NCBI GenBank assembly: GCA_028534125.1
Contig: CM052817.1
Location: 53,012,001-53,076,000 of the forward strand
DNA from: Lama glama
Lineage: Eukaryota
Direction: 5' to 3'
DNA: 64,000 nt
Below the pieces are notes generated by a model. The model saw nothing but the letters and a program-made list of their open reading frames with translations. It was not told the DNA's origin and searched no databases. The position numbers and the translations under genes were made by a program. Shown in pieces: positions 36,690 through 49,790 of this stretch; within the stretch, counting starts at the first letter, position 1; each line of letters begins with the position of its first letter.

Positions 36690-37200
36690 AGTAGACAAAA
36701 CATAAAAATCACTGCTCTTTTCACGGTGCTTACATGTTGTGAAGAAGAGAAAGACATTAATAAAATATGTAAGTAAAATATATAGCATGTTAGGTGATGG
36801 AAATACTGTGAAGGAGCATAAATAAGAGAGAGGGAGGAAATTTGTAGGAAAGAAGACATTCCAATTTTAAACATGGTAGTCAGAGAGGGCCTGACTGATG
36901 AGGTGACAATGAAGGATATATGAAGGAGGCAAGGAGTGGGAGAAAATGTTCTAAGAAGAGGGAATTTCAAGTACAAATGCCCTCAGGTAGGAGAATAGCC
37001 TTGATAGAAAATACTAATACGGGCATTAGTCTAACCTTCCTAATGGAGTAAGTGGTAAAGGAAAGGAAGGAATCAGGTCTGACATCTGACTTTTGGTCCT
37101 AAGTGGACAGATAACTGTTTTTTTAACTGAAAGTGAGGAAAAGTGAAGTGAACAGTTTCCAGAGATCAAATCATTTTCTTTAGCAAGTTATTTTTAAGGT
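36690..37200 (-). mobile_element. L2a fragment
   Basis: 'tggtagtcagagagggcctgactgatgaggtgaca...aagaagagggaatttcaagtacaaatgccctcaggtagga'. Confidence 0.75.
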
Positions 37201-37739
37201 GATTTAGTCACTTCACTTGATCCTTATCCCTACTTGCAGCCTTCTCCATTACTAGAAATTAGTGTGTCTCTATGAATATATTATAAATATATGTAGTATA
37301 TTATATAATAATATGTATGTATACAATATGTTTGGCCTTGTTGATATATTTTAATTTTGTGACTTTACTCCCTGGAAAATCAAAAATTAAACAGCAAAAT
37401 TAACATAGTAAACAGCATTGCTATCATGGGGGAAAAATATAATTGAAATAATAACAGCTCACTCAATTTCTCTAATACTGAATTCTAAATAGTACATGCT
37501 AGTTTATCTGTGTAACATGATAGAATATATCATGATTAATTCTATGTTCTTTGAAAAGAATGTTATTTCAAAAATGCACAAAGGAGTCTAAATAACAATA
37601 ACCAAACATAGAACAAAATGTACATGTACAAAGCCCAACAGCCTTGACAAATTATAGAGGAAATCCTTGCATCTTTGAAACAGTCTGTGATGTGAGTGAG
37701 TCTTTGATTATCATAACAGAAGTAAACAGTTCATACTGT

Positions 37740-38695
37740 GTCTTTTTCCTGCCTAAAATAACATCCCATTGCCAATAAAATAAATCTCAACCTCCATGGC
37801 ATGGCCTACAGTGTGCTTCAAGTTTTGCTTCCTAAGTATCTATCCAAACTCATTTATACATCTAGCCCTTTTCACATTGCTAATTTCTATCCATTCTCCC
37901 CTTTTCACTTCTAATGGATCATAAATTTTCCCTATGGTATCAATATGCCAAGCTTAAATACACTAGCTAGGTTGTCCTGGAGCATCATGGTGACCACATG
38001 AGTATGACCAGTGAGATACAGGAAGAGCCCACTGTCTTGAGCATCTACAAAAGGTACTTTTCAGATGGACTTAGACTTTCCCTTTTCCTGCCTAGAACAT
38101 ATGACTGGGGTAATAAAAGTCAGTAAAGAAAGGGTCCGATTCACTGATTGACTTTCACAGATCCAAATTGTCTGACCAAAGTCTTGTTAGGAGAGAAAAT
38201 AAACTCCCTGCTTGTCTGGACTACTCCAGACCATTCAATTCAATTGAATAAATGTTGACAGGTACTATAATTTTTTTTTTAAATTTAACGTCTTTCAGTA
38301 TATTTATTACACCTCAGTATTATCTGTATGTTCTCTTCCGTCTTACATGAGCATTTCCCCAAATAGTACCTTTATTCTTCTCACAGCTAACTCTTCTTCC
38401 TTTAGTACACTGTTTAAATGTCCTTTCTTCAAAGAGGCATTATGCAAAAGTACTTTTTTTTTACCTTTTTGCCTTATGTAGTCTTCATTTGCTTATGCAC
38501 TGTGATATATCTTCAAAACACTTAGTGAAACAAAATACTATAATTTTTTCTGCATACTCATTATATATCTATTTCTTCTATTAGAATGTGGCAGAGAATA
38601 TCTATCTTGTTATTTTTGCATCTTTATTGCCTAGCATAGTTTGTATTACACAGTAGGTGCTTAATAAGTGATTTCATAGTAAATAAATGGATGGA
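37740..38695 (+). mobile_element. L2 fragment with a nested old MLT1-type LTR piece (~37960-38225)
   Basis: L2 3' end 'tgcctagcatagtttgtattacacagtaggtgcttaataagtg...aaataaatggatgg'; internal MLT1-like 'tcttgttaggagagaaaataaactccctgcttg'. Confidence 0.55.
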
Positions 38696-40101
38696 AGCCA
38701 TTTTGAGGGTAAGAAAGATTTTTGATCTAATAACAGAGTTCAGTGTTTCCTAACTTAATAAAAAATATTAGGCAGATATTTATGATTTATGAAGAAAGGC
38801 TAGCAAAACCACAATCATTCAGTCCCATGTTTCCATTGCAATAGTGCTGAAATCAGAACAAGAAAGGCAGAATACAGCAACTATTCATACTGGTCAACAT
38901 CCTGATACATACCTGGATAAATTTTCACTAATCATAATTCAGGGATAGCCATAACACAAAATATTGGAACCACTTGGGAAAAATAGAAAGTAGAACCACT
39001 ATTAGTGGTTCCACTTTTAATATGTAGCTTTAAAAACAAAACCATGCTAGCCTGAAGGAAAAACACAACCTTTCTGTTGCATGAGACCTTTCTGGCTTAT
39101 GGATAGTTATGAGTATTCCATAACTAGACTATCCAATAAAGTCTTCATTTCTGGCCTTGTCATAGCAACACCTGATGACTTAGTACTGAAGTGATCAGTG
39201 GGTAGAACCTCACTTTCATGATGTGATTCTGATGATTAAAAAGAAGTAATCCTGGAAGTGGTGGACAAGTGAATATTGTGTTGCAGGGGCAAAAATGGCT
39301 TGCATAATGTCATACATAAATTTCTCTTCTTAAATCTTTTGAGTGGGCCCAGGTAGCAGGAATCCAATGCAACTCAGAAGATCTATCATAAATAAAACAC
39401 AAAAGAAGACCAGCAAACTGGAGCAGAAACTCTACACTATAACCAGCACATTAGCTCTATACCTGAAATAAGTCATGTGGACAGTAAGGGTCAACAGAAA
39501 GAATAAATCTATGTATAATTTTAATTGGGACTTCCCTGATACTAGAAGTCCTCTCATGTTACAAAGAAAAATACATAGAAGAAACGCCATGCATAATTCA
39601 AAAGAGTTAACAATATAAAAGACAAACACTACAGAAAAAATAATTTGAAAACTGTTTAGTTCACTTTAGAAAATTGTAGGAATCATTTGTGTTATAATTT
39701 AACTAAAATTCGGAAAATCATACACACTGTAAAAGAAGTGATCAAACAGGAAATGTAAAGAAGCCTAAGACTAAAAAAGAGCAGACTAGGGAAGCATAAA
39801 TATATTGCTTACAGTAAACTGTCCTTCAGTATGTATTACACCCATCACTTGAAGATGTTTCTCTGCCTCTGGCCTCCTTGACCTAATGTAAGTAATTCAA
39901 CTCTTGGGGGCACCTTTATGGTGGGCCATAACCCTACTGTCCGTTTACACAGGGAGCCTGCTAGAAATGTATAATTTCCTCCCAGGACTCTTTTGTTTCT
40001 TTTGTCTTACTAGTAGTTCAACTAATTTTTTCCAAATCATGCTAATTTTTAAATGTATATTTTTGTGAATTCAAATAAAATTATATCAAATTATATTTCC
40101 C

Positions 40102-41019
40102 GAAAGAGACATATCTCCAAAGAAGACAACCAGATAGCCAACAGACAGATAAAAAGATGCTCAGGTTTGCTAATTATTAGAGAAATGCAAATCAAAACTA
40201 CAGTGAGGTATACCTCACTTCAATCAGAATGGCCATCATTAAGAAGTCTACAAATAATAAATACTGGAGAGGGTGTGAGAAAAAGGAAACCTCCTACACT
40301 GTTGGTGGGAATGTAAATTGGTGTAGCCCACTATGGAGGACAGTATTGGTTCTTTAAAGAACTAAAAATAGTCTTACCATATGATCCAGCAATCCCATTT
40401 CTGGGCTTACATCCAGAGAAAACTATAATTCCAAAAGACACATGCACCCCAGTGTTCATAGCAGCACTATTTATAATAGCCAAGGTAAGGAAACAACCTA
40501 AATGTCTATCAACAGATGGCTGGATAAGGAAGAGGTGGTATATATATACAATGGAATATTACTCAGCTATAAAAAAGAATGAAATAATGTAGCAGTATGG
40601 AGGGACCTAATATTATCATACTGAGGGAAGTAAGTCAGACAGATAAATATCATATGATATCACTTATATATGAAATCTTTAAAAATGATACAAATTCTAT
40701 TTACGAACAAAAAAACTGACTCATGGACATAGAAAACAAACCATGATTACCCAAGGGGAAAGGGCAGGGAGGGATAAATTTGGGTTTGGGTATTAACAGA
40801 TAATACTATATATAAAATAGATAAACAAGGACCTACTGTATAGCACAAGGAGCTATATATTTTTTTCTTGTAATAACATAATGGAAAAGAATCTGAAAAG
40901 AAAATACATATGTATGTATATTTATAACTGAATCACTTTGTTGTACACCTGAAATTAACATTATAAATTAACTATACTATATTTATATTATAAATAAAAA
41001 AATTTAAAATATAAAAAAC
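40102..41019 (+). mobile_element. 5'-truncated L1 (ORF2 C-terminus, 3' UTR, A-rich tail) with 15-bp TSD
   Basis: Frame [35 protein letters not shown] is L1 ORF2p C-terminal; TSD CAAATTATATTTCCC at 40087-40101 and 41020-41034. Confidence 0.93.
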
Positions 41020-42104
41020 CAAATTATATTTCCCTTTTACTAAAACCAGTTTTAGAATTGGTAAGCAAGAAATGAAGTGGTATTAGAAAAGTAAATGTTT
41101 TTTCCAATCCAGTTTATCCTTGTAAATATCATGTTATATGTCAAAATAATAAATTACCTAGAATTATTATAGAGGAAAAGGCACTAGAGATTTGAAAGTC
41201 TCTGCCACTAACTTCTGTAACTTGTAAGTCATTAATATTTCTGGTTTTGGTTACCATAGTTATAAAATAATTACATAAACTAGATTATCTCAGTGTTTCA
41301 TGCCAGTGGTATGATTTCAGATAAATTTGCCTCCCAGTGATTACTTTCAGTACCTGAAAATCATTTTTCCTGTTTGAACTTCTTTGAATATATTAGATTA
41401 CTACAAAATCAGTAGATATAGATTTTTAGTAAAGAGGACTCAAAGAAATACTGGTGATTAAGTGTCATAAACAGTCCAGCTTCTAGTGGATGCACAGTAT
41501 AGAGCAGATGTACAAATTCATCTTTGGGTAATCTTTTAAAATATGGAAATTTAAGTAAGTAATAATCACTATTCACTAAGCTTTAAATTGCAAAGTTAAA
41601 GGCAGTCATTATTTTTTCCCAATATCAGCGAAAACCCACATCTGGATTTTAAATACTCTTTTTTCTCTAAAAGCCCAAAGCTGTAATTCATTATAATAAT
41701 ATTGCACCTGTGAATAATTCATATTAGTTATCAAATCATGTTATTCCTAATTGTTTATCACTCCACAGTTATTCTCTGGCAGCTTGATCTCATGTGGTAA
41801 ATAGAGAATGACTGAAGTGAAAAACACACAGATTAGTGTTCTAGAACATATTAATATCTGCTTAATTGATCTAGTGTACTTATGTGGTAGGTGTATAAAA
41901 GTAAACCAGTGTCACTAACTTCAAGTTCATATCGGTTAGAGACACAAGCAAGCCAAATCTGGTTTCTTTTCTCTTATTTTTGTTATAGATTTTATTATTC
42001 TAGACTTCCAGTCATGTGTAAAGATGACTCTATTATATTAAACTGTCAATAAGATTTTTAAAATAAAATTTACAGAGACATTCAAAGATGTCAATATTAA
42101 TGCA

Positions 42105-42347
42105 AATAATAGCAGTTGCCACTTATTTAATATTTATGACTGCACATAAAGCTGATTGTTTTCATACATTTTATTATTTAATTCTTACAACAACTCTGTG
42201 AGTTCTATATTAACAGGTGGGAAACAGAGGATAAGGAAAAATATTCAACTTGTCCAAGAATACAGTAAAAGTAGGTTGCAGTCAGAACTTCAATTCTGAT
42301 CTTTTCTGCTTGCAGATTTGTTGACCTTATACTACACCACCTGTCTG
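42105..42347 (-). mobile_element. MIR SINE
   Basis: 'atttaattcttacaacaactctgtgag...acaggtgggaaacagagg...aacttgtccaagaatacag'. Confidence 0.75.
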
Positions 42348-43419
42348 TATAGTCTTTATGTTTAATTAACAGCAAATTATACATAATACATGATCTTAAT
42401 GTAATTCTTCTGCATGTTATCCTTTCTTGAATCAAATGTGAAATGCAGAGTAAGGGTATAACTATTAATTGCCAGTATACTGTGAAAGAAATTGTCTTTA
42501 GTTTGTTTAAGTTCCACAACTAAATATTTAGAAGTATTATATGGTTGGCTTGATAAAATAACTCATTGACTCACGTTGTGTGCTCATTCATTATAGCATT
42601 TCATACTGAGTTAAAAGGGACATGCCCTTTGTGTTTAACACAGACTTGAATTGGGGGCTTATATCAGGAAAGCAAAAACAAAATATTTTACAAAATTCAG
42701 ATATTAGCTGAGGACCAGATATCTTAAAGAAATAGAATGGCTTAAGAATTCTGAGAAAAATTAACTCTGCTGTCTGTTTGCTGAATAATCTCAATTTCAA
42801 AGATAATTGACTTTTTGTAAACTGATTTATAAATATCCAATATAGAAATGAAATAGGAATAAATATGAGTACAAGCTTATAAAAATGGGTTCTGGAGCAA
42901 TCAAATAAAGAAAGAGCAGAAAGTTTCTAATAACGTTGAGAAAAAATACATATCACTCGAACTCCATTCAAGTTAGATTTAAAAAAACAAGGACTAAATA
43001 AATTTTTATTTTACTTAACTGATTTTTTTAATTACGAAAATGACACATTTTAACTTTAAAAAATTATGCAACTAAGAATTATTATGTCAGATTAAAAGTT
43101 GAAGAGCAGATATTGCCAGATTGGAATCAAAATTAAGGAATCATTAAAACTTAGCAGGAAGTGCCTAGCCACTTTCATTAACTGAAGTCTTTGTGCTACA
43201 AGTATTATATCATGATATTAAAAACAAACAGTGGGTGAATTCAGATAAATGTTGATGATGTTATGTATCATACTAGCATATGAAAGCAATCTGCCATAAA
43301 ATAAAAGGATCATAAAATTATTCACCTTTCCGTATGTGGAGAGCTCTATAAAAGGTGCCCTATATCAGTGTCATTTAGGTAACTGAAATTTAATTGTCAT
43401 GAGGTAAGGGTGTGTTAAG

Positions 43420-44035
43420 TGTCATGAGCTCAGCTTAGATGAGCAAGAAGCTGTCAGGTATGGAGTAGCTGATTAAAGAACCAAGCTAAAATGGAAAGAG
43501 TTAAGCCTTTAATCATTTACTGCAATGGAATAAGCGAAAGCCTAAAACTAGAGAACACAAATGAGTCCCCTGTTTTATTCTCCTCATGAAATGGTGCACT
43601 GGTTCAGGGTCAGATGGATCAGCACAGATGTGGGGTTGTCTCACTATTTAGGGAGCCCCAAACAAAAGGCTCTGGGAGTTTTATGAACCCTGAGGACATG
43701 GGGAGGGCAAGCAGGAAGGGCGAGAAGTGGAAGAGTACTGATTTCTGAGTCAGAGTGGGGAAAAGTCTATTAAAGGTGTTTCCCTCTTCCCTTCATGAGG
43801 AACTCTCAGCAGAGGTTCTTAAAGAGGACTTCTGTGACAGCCTCAGGTAAATAAACCTAAGAGTGAAGGCCCTGTGAAGCCTGCCAGGTAAAGCCTTTGT
43901 GATTGCTTATGTTTAGGCATAACATAAAGTTCTTCAACCAGGAGCTGGGCTTACATGGAGTAAGCATGTATATGAACTATTAAACAATGATTGACAACCA
44001 GTATCATGATCTGAAGACAGTATTGGAAGTTTCCA
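43420..44035 (-). mobile_element. ERVL LTR (MER70-like)
   Basis: 'tgtcatgagctcagc...aagaaccaagc...ttaagccttt...cagggtcagatggatcagcacagatg...gggagccccaaacaaaaggctc...gagtcagagtggggaaaagt'. Right end approximate. Confidence 0.6.
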
Positions 44036-44929
44036 TTCTGGAAAAAAAAAAAAGAGGTAGTAAAGGATCAAGAAGTTGTGACAAGTAAATATTTAATGGG
44101 ACATTTATAGAGAAACTTGAAAACCAAAGATATTCCCAACATAAAGTCAGAGAATACAATAAATGACTTTCCTAGGTCTGTCTGTCTTTGAACAGGACCC
44201 AAGCAAAGAAGTAATCAAAGTACACAAACTTCCTTACTGTGAAGAATCTGTGGGCCACAGTATAATGCCTCAGTCCAAAACAAGTAGAAAAAACTACTCT
44301 GAGGGAGGCTTTGCATCTCCCAGTAAGTCTGATAAGCATTGGCCACTAATCTTCCATATCTCCTCCAGATGACTAAACATGGCATCAAACTGAATTCTGT
44401 CCCTAACCCTATGAGCCACTGCCCATGAGTGACCCCCTATCAAAAGGAGGATGAAAGGAATGAGAATATGTATTTCTAATTCAACTGCTGCAGGTCAACA
44501 AAGGAGTCCCTATTTTAAGATTTGATATAATCAATGTCTACATTAAACAGTTGCATTCAGGTTATAAAGAACATTAGGGAAAAGTATAAAAGGTATAAAA
44601 CATTTGGATTGAGGTGGTTATTCAGCTTTTTAAAACTTCCTTAACTGAAAAATACTGAAAAGAGAAAAAAAAGAATGGAACTGAGGGGGAAAAATGCCAT
44701 CTTTAATGCAATAAGAGATTACAATAGAAATGATAAATTATGTTATGCGTCTTCCTAATACCATGAAATATGAACAAGAATAAGAACACTGAGGGCTGAT
44801 TCACAACTGCTTAAATATAGGAAAAATTCCTAAAAATCTTACTCTCAGTAACAGTAGCATGGCCAGGTTAAAATAATTAGTCTAACTATGATAGAGAATA
44901 AATTCAGTATGAGCAGATCTTGACTAAAC

Positions 44930-45480
44930 ATGCATGCACTCATTGCAATGATGCTCACCTGAATTGGAATAGCAGTCATGAAGATGAGAGGGATAGATGA
45001 ATTTGGAAACAGTTTAGGAGTCAAAATGGCACCGTAATTTATGGCATATGAAGAGCGAGAAAGCAGATGGAGTTAAGGATAATACCCAACTCTGTGAGAC
45101 AGTGAAATGAAAGGTAATAACTTTCCTTGGATTGGGCCACTTTACATTAACAGCTGATTGTTGACATTGTATGGGAGGTAGAAGTAATAAGTTCTTTGGA
45201 AAATATGGACTTTGTAGTATATATAGACTGTCCTAGTAGAATATCAAATTAGCATCAATTTCAATAATGTCAGAAATGACCAGGGATCATCACCACAGTG
45301 AACCAGAAAAACCAGGGCAATACACTTGAGGAAATTGGCGGTGGATACTCAAGAAGGTATGCAATCCATAGAAAACTACAAAGCTATAGCCAAGAAGGAG
45401 ATGGGCCTTATTCTCATACAAGATCTCGTTCAGGTATTGAGAGATTAGGAAGTCAGTGTGATGGGAAGAGCGATAATAAC
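44930..45480 (-). mobile_element. L2 fragment
   Basis: Purine-rich antisense L2: 'gatagatgaatttggaaacagtttaggagtcaaaatggca...ggagttaaggataataccca'. Confidence 0.55.
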
Positions 45481-45999
45481 AGAACACAAGTGTATGATTC
45501 TGTGCACGTCTTTAATTTCTATAGGAAAGGTTACATCGCAGTAAGAATTGGCAACTGAATACCAGCCTGACAGGAAAATTAAAGCTGAATCTAGTCAGGG
45601 CTGACTCTTTCCTTATTATGTTTATCTTCAAAATTTGTAGAAGAGTGATCTGATATTATTCTCTAAAACAGACAACTTAAAATATTAAGAATGATTTTGG
45701 TAAAATCTGTAGGGAGAAGAGGTCTCAGATTCTTATGGCCTTTCATTTATTTAAAAATGAATGCGATGATATTCTATCACTGGCTCCATAGGGACCATGA
45801 GAAATTTTTTTGTAAGTGTTTCGCCTGGTTAGAATAAATATATATTGTGATATAAAAGTGGACGAGTATAATAAAATTACTATTACATAAATGTGCAAAT
45901 ATGAAAGGAAATATGGTATATTAATACATATCGTATACATCATGATTTATTGAATTAACAAAATTGACAGTGAGCTGAAAATTTGAAAAGCTGAAAAAG

Positions 46000-46400
46000 T
46001 AGAGATCAGAATATCATTGGAACTATTACATTCAAGAACACTGCATTATTATCACAATCCAGTGATCAACAAGCTGGGGTGGGGAAGCTCTTGTTTTAGC
46101 AATTCCTTTGTGCAGGCAAAACGATGGCACTTAGACACTTAACTGCACATACTGGCCCCTGCAACTATGTCTTGACATCCATGTCTCTGTAATCTTGCTC
46201 ACAGCAGTTAAAGTCAAAAGCAATAACAGCATGGTCTTTCTCTGACTTCTGCCTTCCAAATCACATTGAAATACATTTACTGCACAAAACATAATTACTA
46301 TACAGAATGCTAGCTATAAGGAAATCTGGCAAATGTAACATTTTAGAATTCTGGAGATTTTGGTAAAGGAAAGAGCACTGCAAGAATAGATGCAGAATAG
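46000..46400 (-). mobile_element. LTR33-like fragment
   Basis: 'cttctgccttccaaatcac...cagaatgctagctataaggaaatctggcaaatgtaacatttt' is LTR33-group antisense. Confidence 0.5.
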
Positions 46401-47029
46401 CCATCTAAATTGTTTATCAGAAATATATATATATATGTATATTGTTTCCCAAAACATACATCTTAAAATTTTTAAGGGAAACAGAATGTGAAGTGACATA
46501 ATAGAAATGTAACTAAAAGAACCAAAAGAAGCTTAAGAGTAGATAATACTGATAAATGTTTATTCTTTGAACCTAAAAAAGACTCAAGTTCTTAAAATAT
46601 ATAAATTTCTCAAAATGCTTTATGATTAAAAATAATGTACCAGTACATACCAAAATAATGTACAAAATTATAGTTAGTAAGGATAGTGATTTCATCAAAT
46701 AGTACATAGGACTCTTGTAGCTAATTAGTTGTTCAGTTACATACTAAAATAGTATTTCCTTACCTGTGATAATATTTTATAACAAATGAAAATGTGACAT
46801 ATTTCATTTTCTCTAAAAATAACTTTTCTGATGGAAACAACATATGCTTCATGTATTAGCAACATATTAAGACATACTTAATTTGAATAGCCTAAATCAC
46901 AAAGTATCAATGGTTTGTAACAACTGATTTGAATTAGAATTTTTGTTCAGATGGAGATTATATTAACAGATAGTTTACAGAAAAGTAAATATAAGAAATT
47001 CATAAACAAATCAAAAGATTTTCAGCCTA

Positions 47030-47590
47030 GATATAAAAAATGGAATGCAAATCAAATCACACTGAAATATACTTTTTTTCCTGTTGGATTGGCATCAACA
47101 TATGTGTGGGTGATCTCTTTTGCATTACTCATGGGAATGTAAATTGATAAAACTTCTGAAAAGAATAAGTTGTCAATATATATAAAAGTTACATATCGTC
47201 CTAACTCTGTATTTCTAGTATTTTTTTCCTATGGATGTAAATGCATATGTGCAAACATCCATTTAATAAACCACAGTACTGCTTTAAAAGAGGAAGAAAT
47301 CTCTTAATCTATACATATATAACTCCATATATGATCTACATGTTATGATCCCCGAATTTATCATCTGTAAGATGATATTAAATAATAAAAATAGTGTCCA
47401 AATCTATTTCTTCTATATGCATACATTCCCTCTGAGGAGATACATAAATAACTAATAACATTCGTTACTTCCAGACTGGGGATTTGGGTAATGTCTTTTG
47501 TTGGGGCAAAATTCTCATTTGATTCTCCTTTACTTTGCTTTTCAAATTATGTAAATGATTTGAAATATTGAATAAAATAAAAATTAAGGA
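47030..47590 (+). mobile_element. Very old L1ME 3' fragment
   Basis: 'gaatgcaaatcaaatcacactgaaatatac...gttggattggca...tgggaatgtaaattgataaaac'. Confidence 0.6.
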
Positions 47591-47821
47591 AGAATTTCCA
47601 GCAGCTATTTCCCTATGATAAAAATGTCACCACTCTCAGGTTAAACAAAATTTCACATGAGGAAGGACATTTTTATTACTCAGGATTATTATATAAGATA
47701 TTCATATAGTGAAAAGAGAACAAAATTTGCAATTATGGCAAGTAAGCTTCAGTTATAGTTGTTTAAGAAATTTGTGTTTTTGACAAGTCATGTGATTATG
47801 TTTATTTTTAAAATAAGAGAT

Positions 47822-48005
47822 GAAGTATAGAGTAGTTGTTAAATGTACAGATTTTAAAATCTGACAACTTAGTCATTGAATTAGCTTTGTAGTTTCCATT
47901 TATCTGTCTTATTTATATCGCTGGTAAAGAGCAGATAATATATCAACAGGCTGTTGTAAGAATTAAAAGGTAGTTTAAAGAAAATGTGTGGCATGATGCT
48001 GAACA
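47822..48005 (+). mobile_element. MIR fragment
   Basis: 'gtatagagtagttgttaaatgtacagattttaaaatctgac...aggctgttgtaagaattaaa'. Confidence 0.55.
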
Positions 48006-48009
48006 GAAT

Positions 48010-48338
48010 TATATACTCAGTTTAGGCCAATTTATGCTGTAGTAACAAATGACCCACAATCTTAGTAGCTTACAACTACATTCATGTCCATCATGAGTTT
48101 TCTTTTAATTTTCAAACCAATGCTGGGACCTTTAGGTCTCAGAGAGAGCAAAAAGACAAATATGGCTCCAAAAAGATGCAGTGGCTCCTGTTGTATGTTC
48201 ATGAGTGTTTACACACGCATTTCATTGGCGAAAGCAAATCACATGGTGTAGCAGAAAGGGTAATCTTTCTTCTAGGAGAAGTCTAATAGGGGATGCGGCA
48301 CAAGAAGGGTATTTTGGCAATGAGACAATTTACCATAT
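48010..48338 (-). mobile_element. Old MLT1I/J-type LTR
   Basis: 'ttatgctgtagtaacaaatgacccacaatcttagtagcttacaac...catttcattggcgaaagcaaatcacatgg'. Confidence 0.65.
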
Positions 48339-49349
48339 GCAATTAACAAATACTTACTTCAGAACTTTGCTATATTTTGACTATTATATATAAGCTAAAT
48401 TAATACTCTATGATCTAAAATATATTAGTTCATTATCTCAATTATTTCTAGAGAAAATAGGAAATATAAAATAAAAGCAAATACAATGGTGAGAATTTAG
48501 AAAGTCTATCTTCTAAATTGACATTGTAGTAGCAGGATTAGTGAATATCTCATACTGACTTGAACTTTGTCCCTATTGCATAAGAAATGCATACTTATTA
48601 AAACTCCTAGTTACCTGTCAAATTCATGAATTTTAAGAGACAGTACACTTATAGGTCATGCCTCTAGTGTTTTGCAAGGCATTTACTATTTAATATGCAT
48701 GAAAGAGTGAGAAGAGGAAATAGTTAACTGGCACAACTATGTAACACGTAGGTAAAATTTTGGTATTGAGACTCAGGATTTTTCAAATGAATTGAGCCAA
48801 ATAGAATACTAAATGGGTGAAGGAGATAAACACCTGAAAAGACTTCACGTTTCTGAGTATCTTTCTTGTCCTTTTGTTTAAGCCTATATTTAAAGGTACA
48901 TAGTTCCAACTTCATTGTGCTGTAAGGACCCTTTAAATACTTTTCTATTTTTTCCTCTACTATACAAGTTTGTATGAAGATACACTGAGACATCCAACAT
49001 AGAGAAAATACATAGTATTTTTTATTCTGTTTATGGAGAAAGATAAATTGCCTTCTGGTACTGTTTTCATCTGTTTATGTTTGTTTCCCATCCTGCCTCA
49101 TCAAGACTTCTCTCAGGGCTTCTAATTTTATTTCCTTCAATTAGGCCAAATAGTATATCGAATGTATCTTATGTTTAGTCTCTAAATAATCCCAGCAAAC
49201 CTGATTTATTTGTAATGCTGTAATGACAGCTGTTCATATTGTGTTATGCAATTTTAAAATGAATAAATTACACGTAATGCCGCTCATTAAAAAGCAAACC
49301 ATAGCAGAACAAAAGACCTACTACACATTACTTTTAAACATATCTGTTA

Positions 49350-49790
49350 TGTTTTGCTCTTGTTCATTTATTTTGCATCAGTTGGAATACTTTCATCTTC
49401 AAATAATATATAACCTAACTCAAACTGCCCCCCAGATATTCTAGATCATGTTGTAGTAAGGTGGCTGCAGCAATTTTAATCTTCAATTCCGTATTTAATG
49501 TGGTTTTCTGAACCTTAACAAGAAGAACAAAAGTTTGCCAATATTTCTTAGCAAACTGTTTTGAACTCATTGGTTTGGGTCATATGGTCATTGTAAACCA
49601 ACCACTGGTAAGATAGATGGAATTACCTGTACACCAGTCAGAGCCACCTCAGGAGCTGAAATGCAGTCATCTGTCTCTAAATACATGGGCTGAGTAATAC
49701 AGAGGCATGAAGTTGAGAAACACTATGTTTCTGTAGAGAATAAGGAGGGGAGAAGACATTCAGGGTAGACAACCAATAATATCCACTTTA
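49350..49790 (-). mobile_element. Old MLT1K/L-type LTR
   Basis: 'aaggtggctgcagca...ctcattggtttgggtcatatggtcattgtaaaccaaccactg...gggtagacaaccaataatatccact'. Confidence 0.5.

Noticed and set aside
40053..40316. 87-aa ORF
   Set aside because: L1 ORF2 fragment that frameshifts after TTVRY; the start codon lies in flanking DNA.
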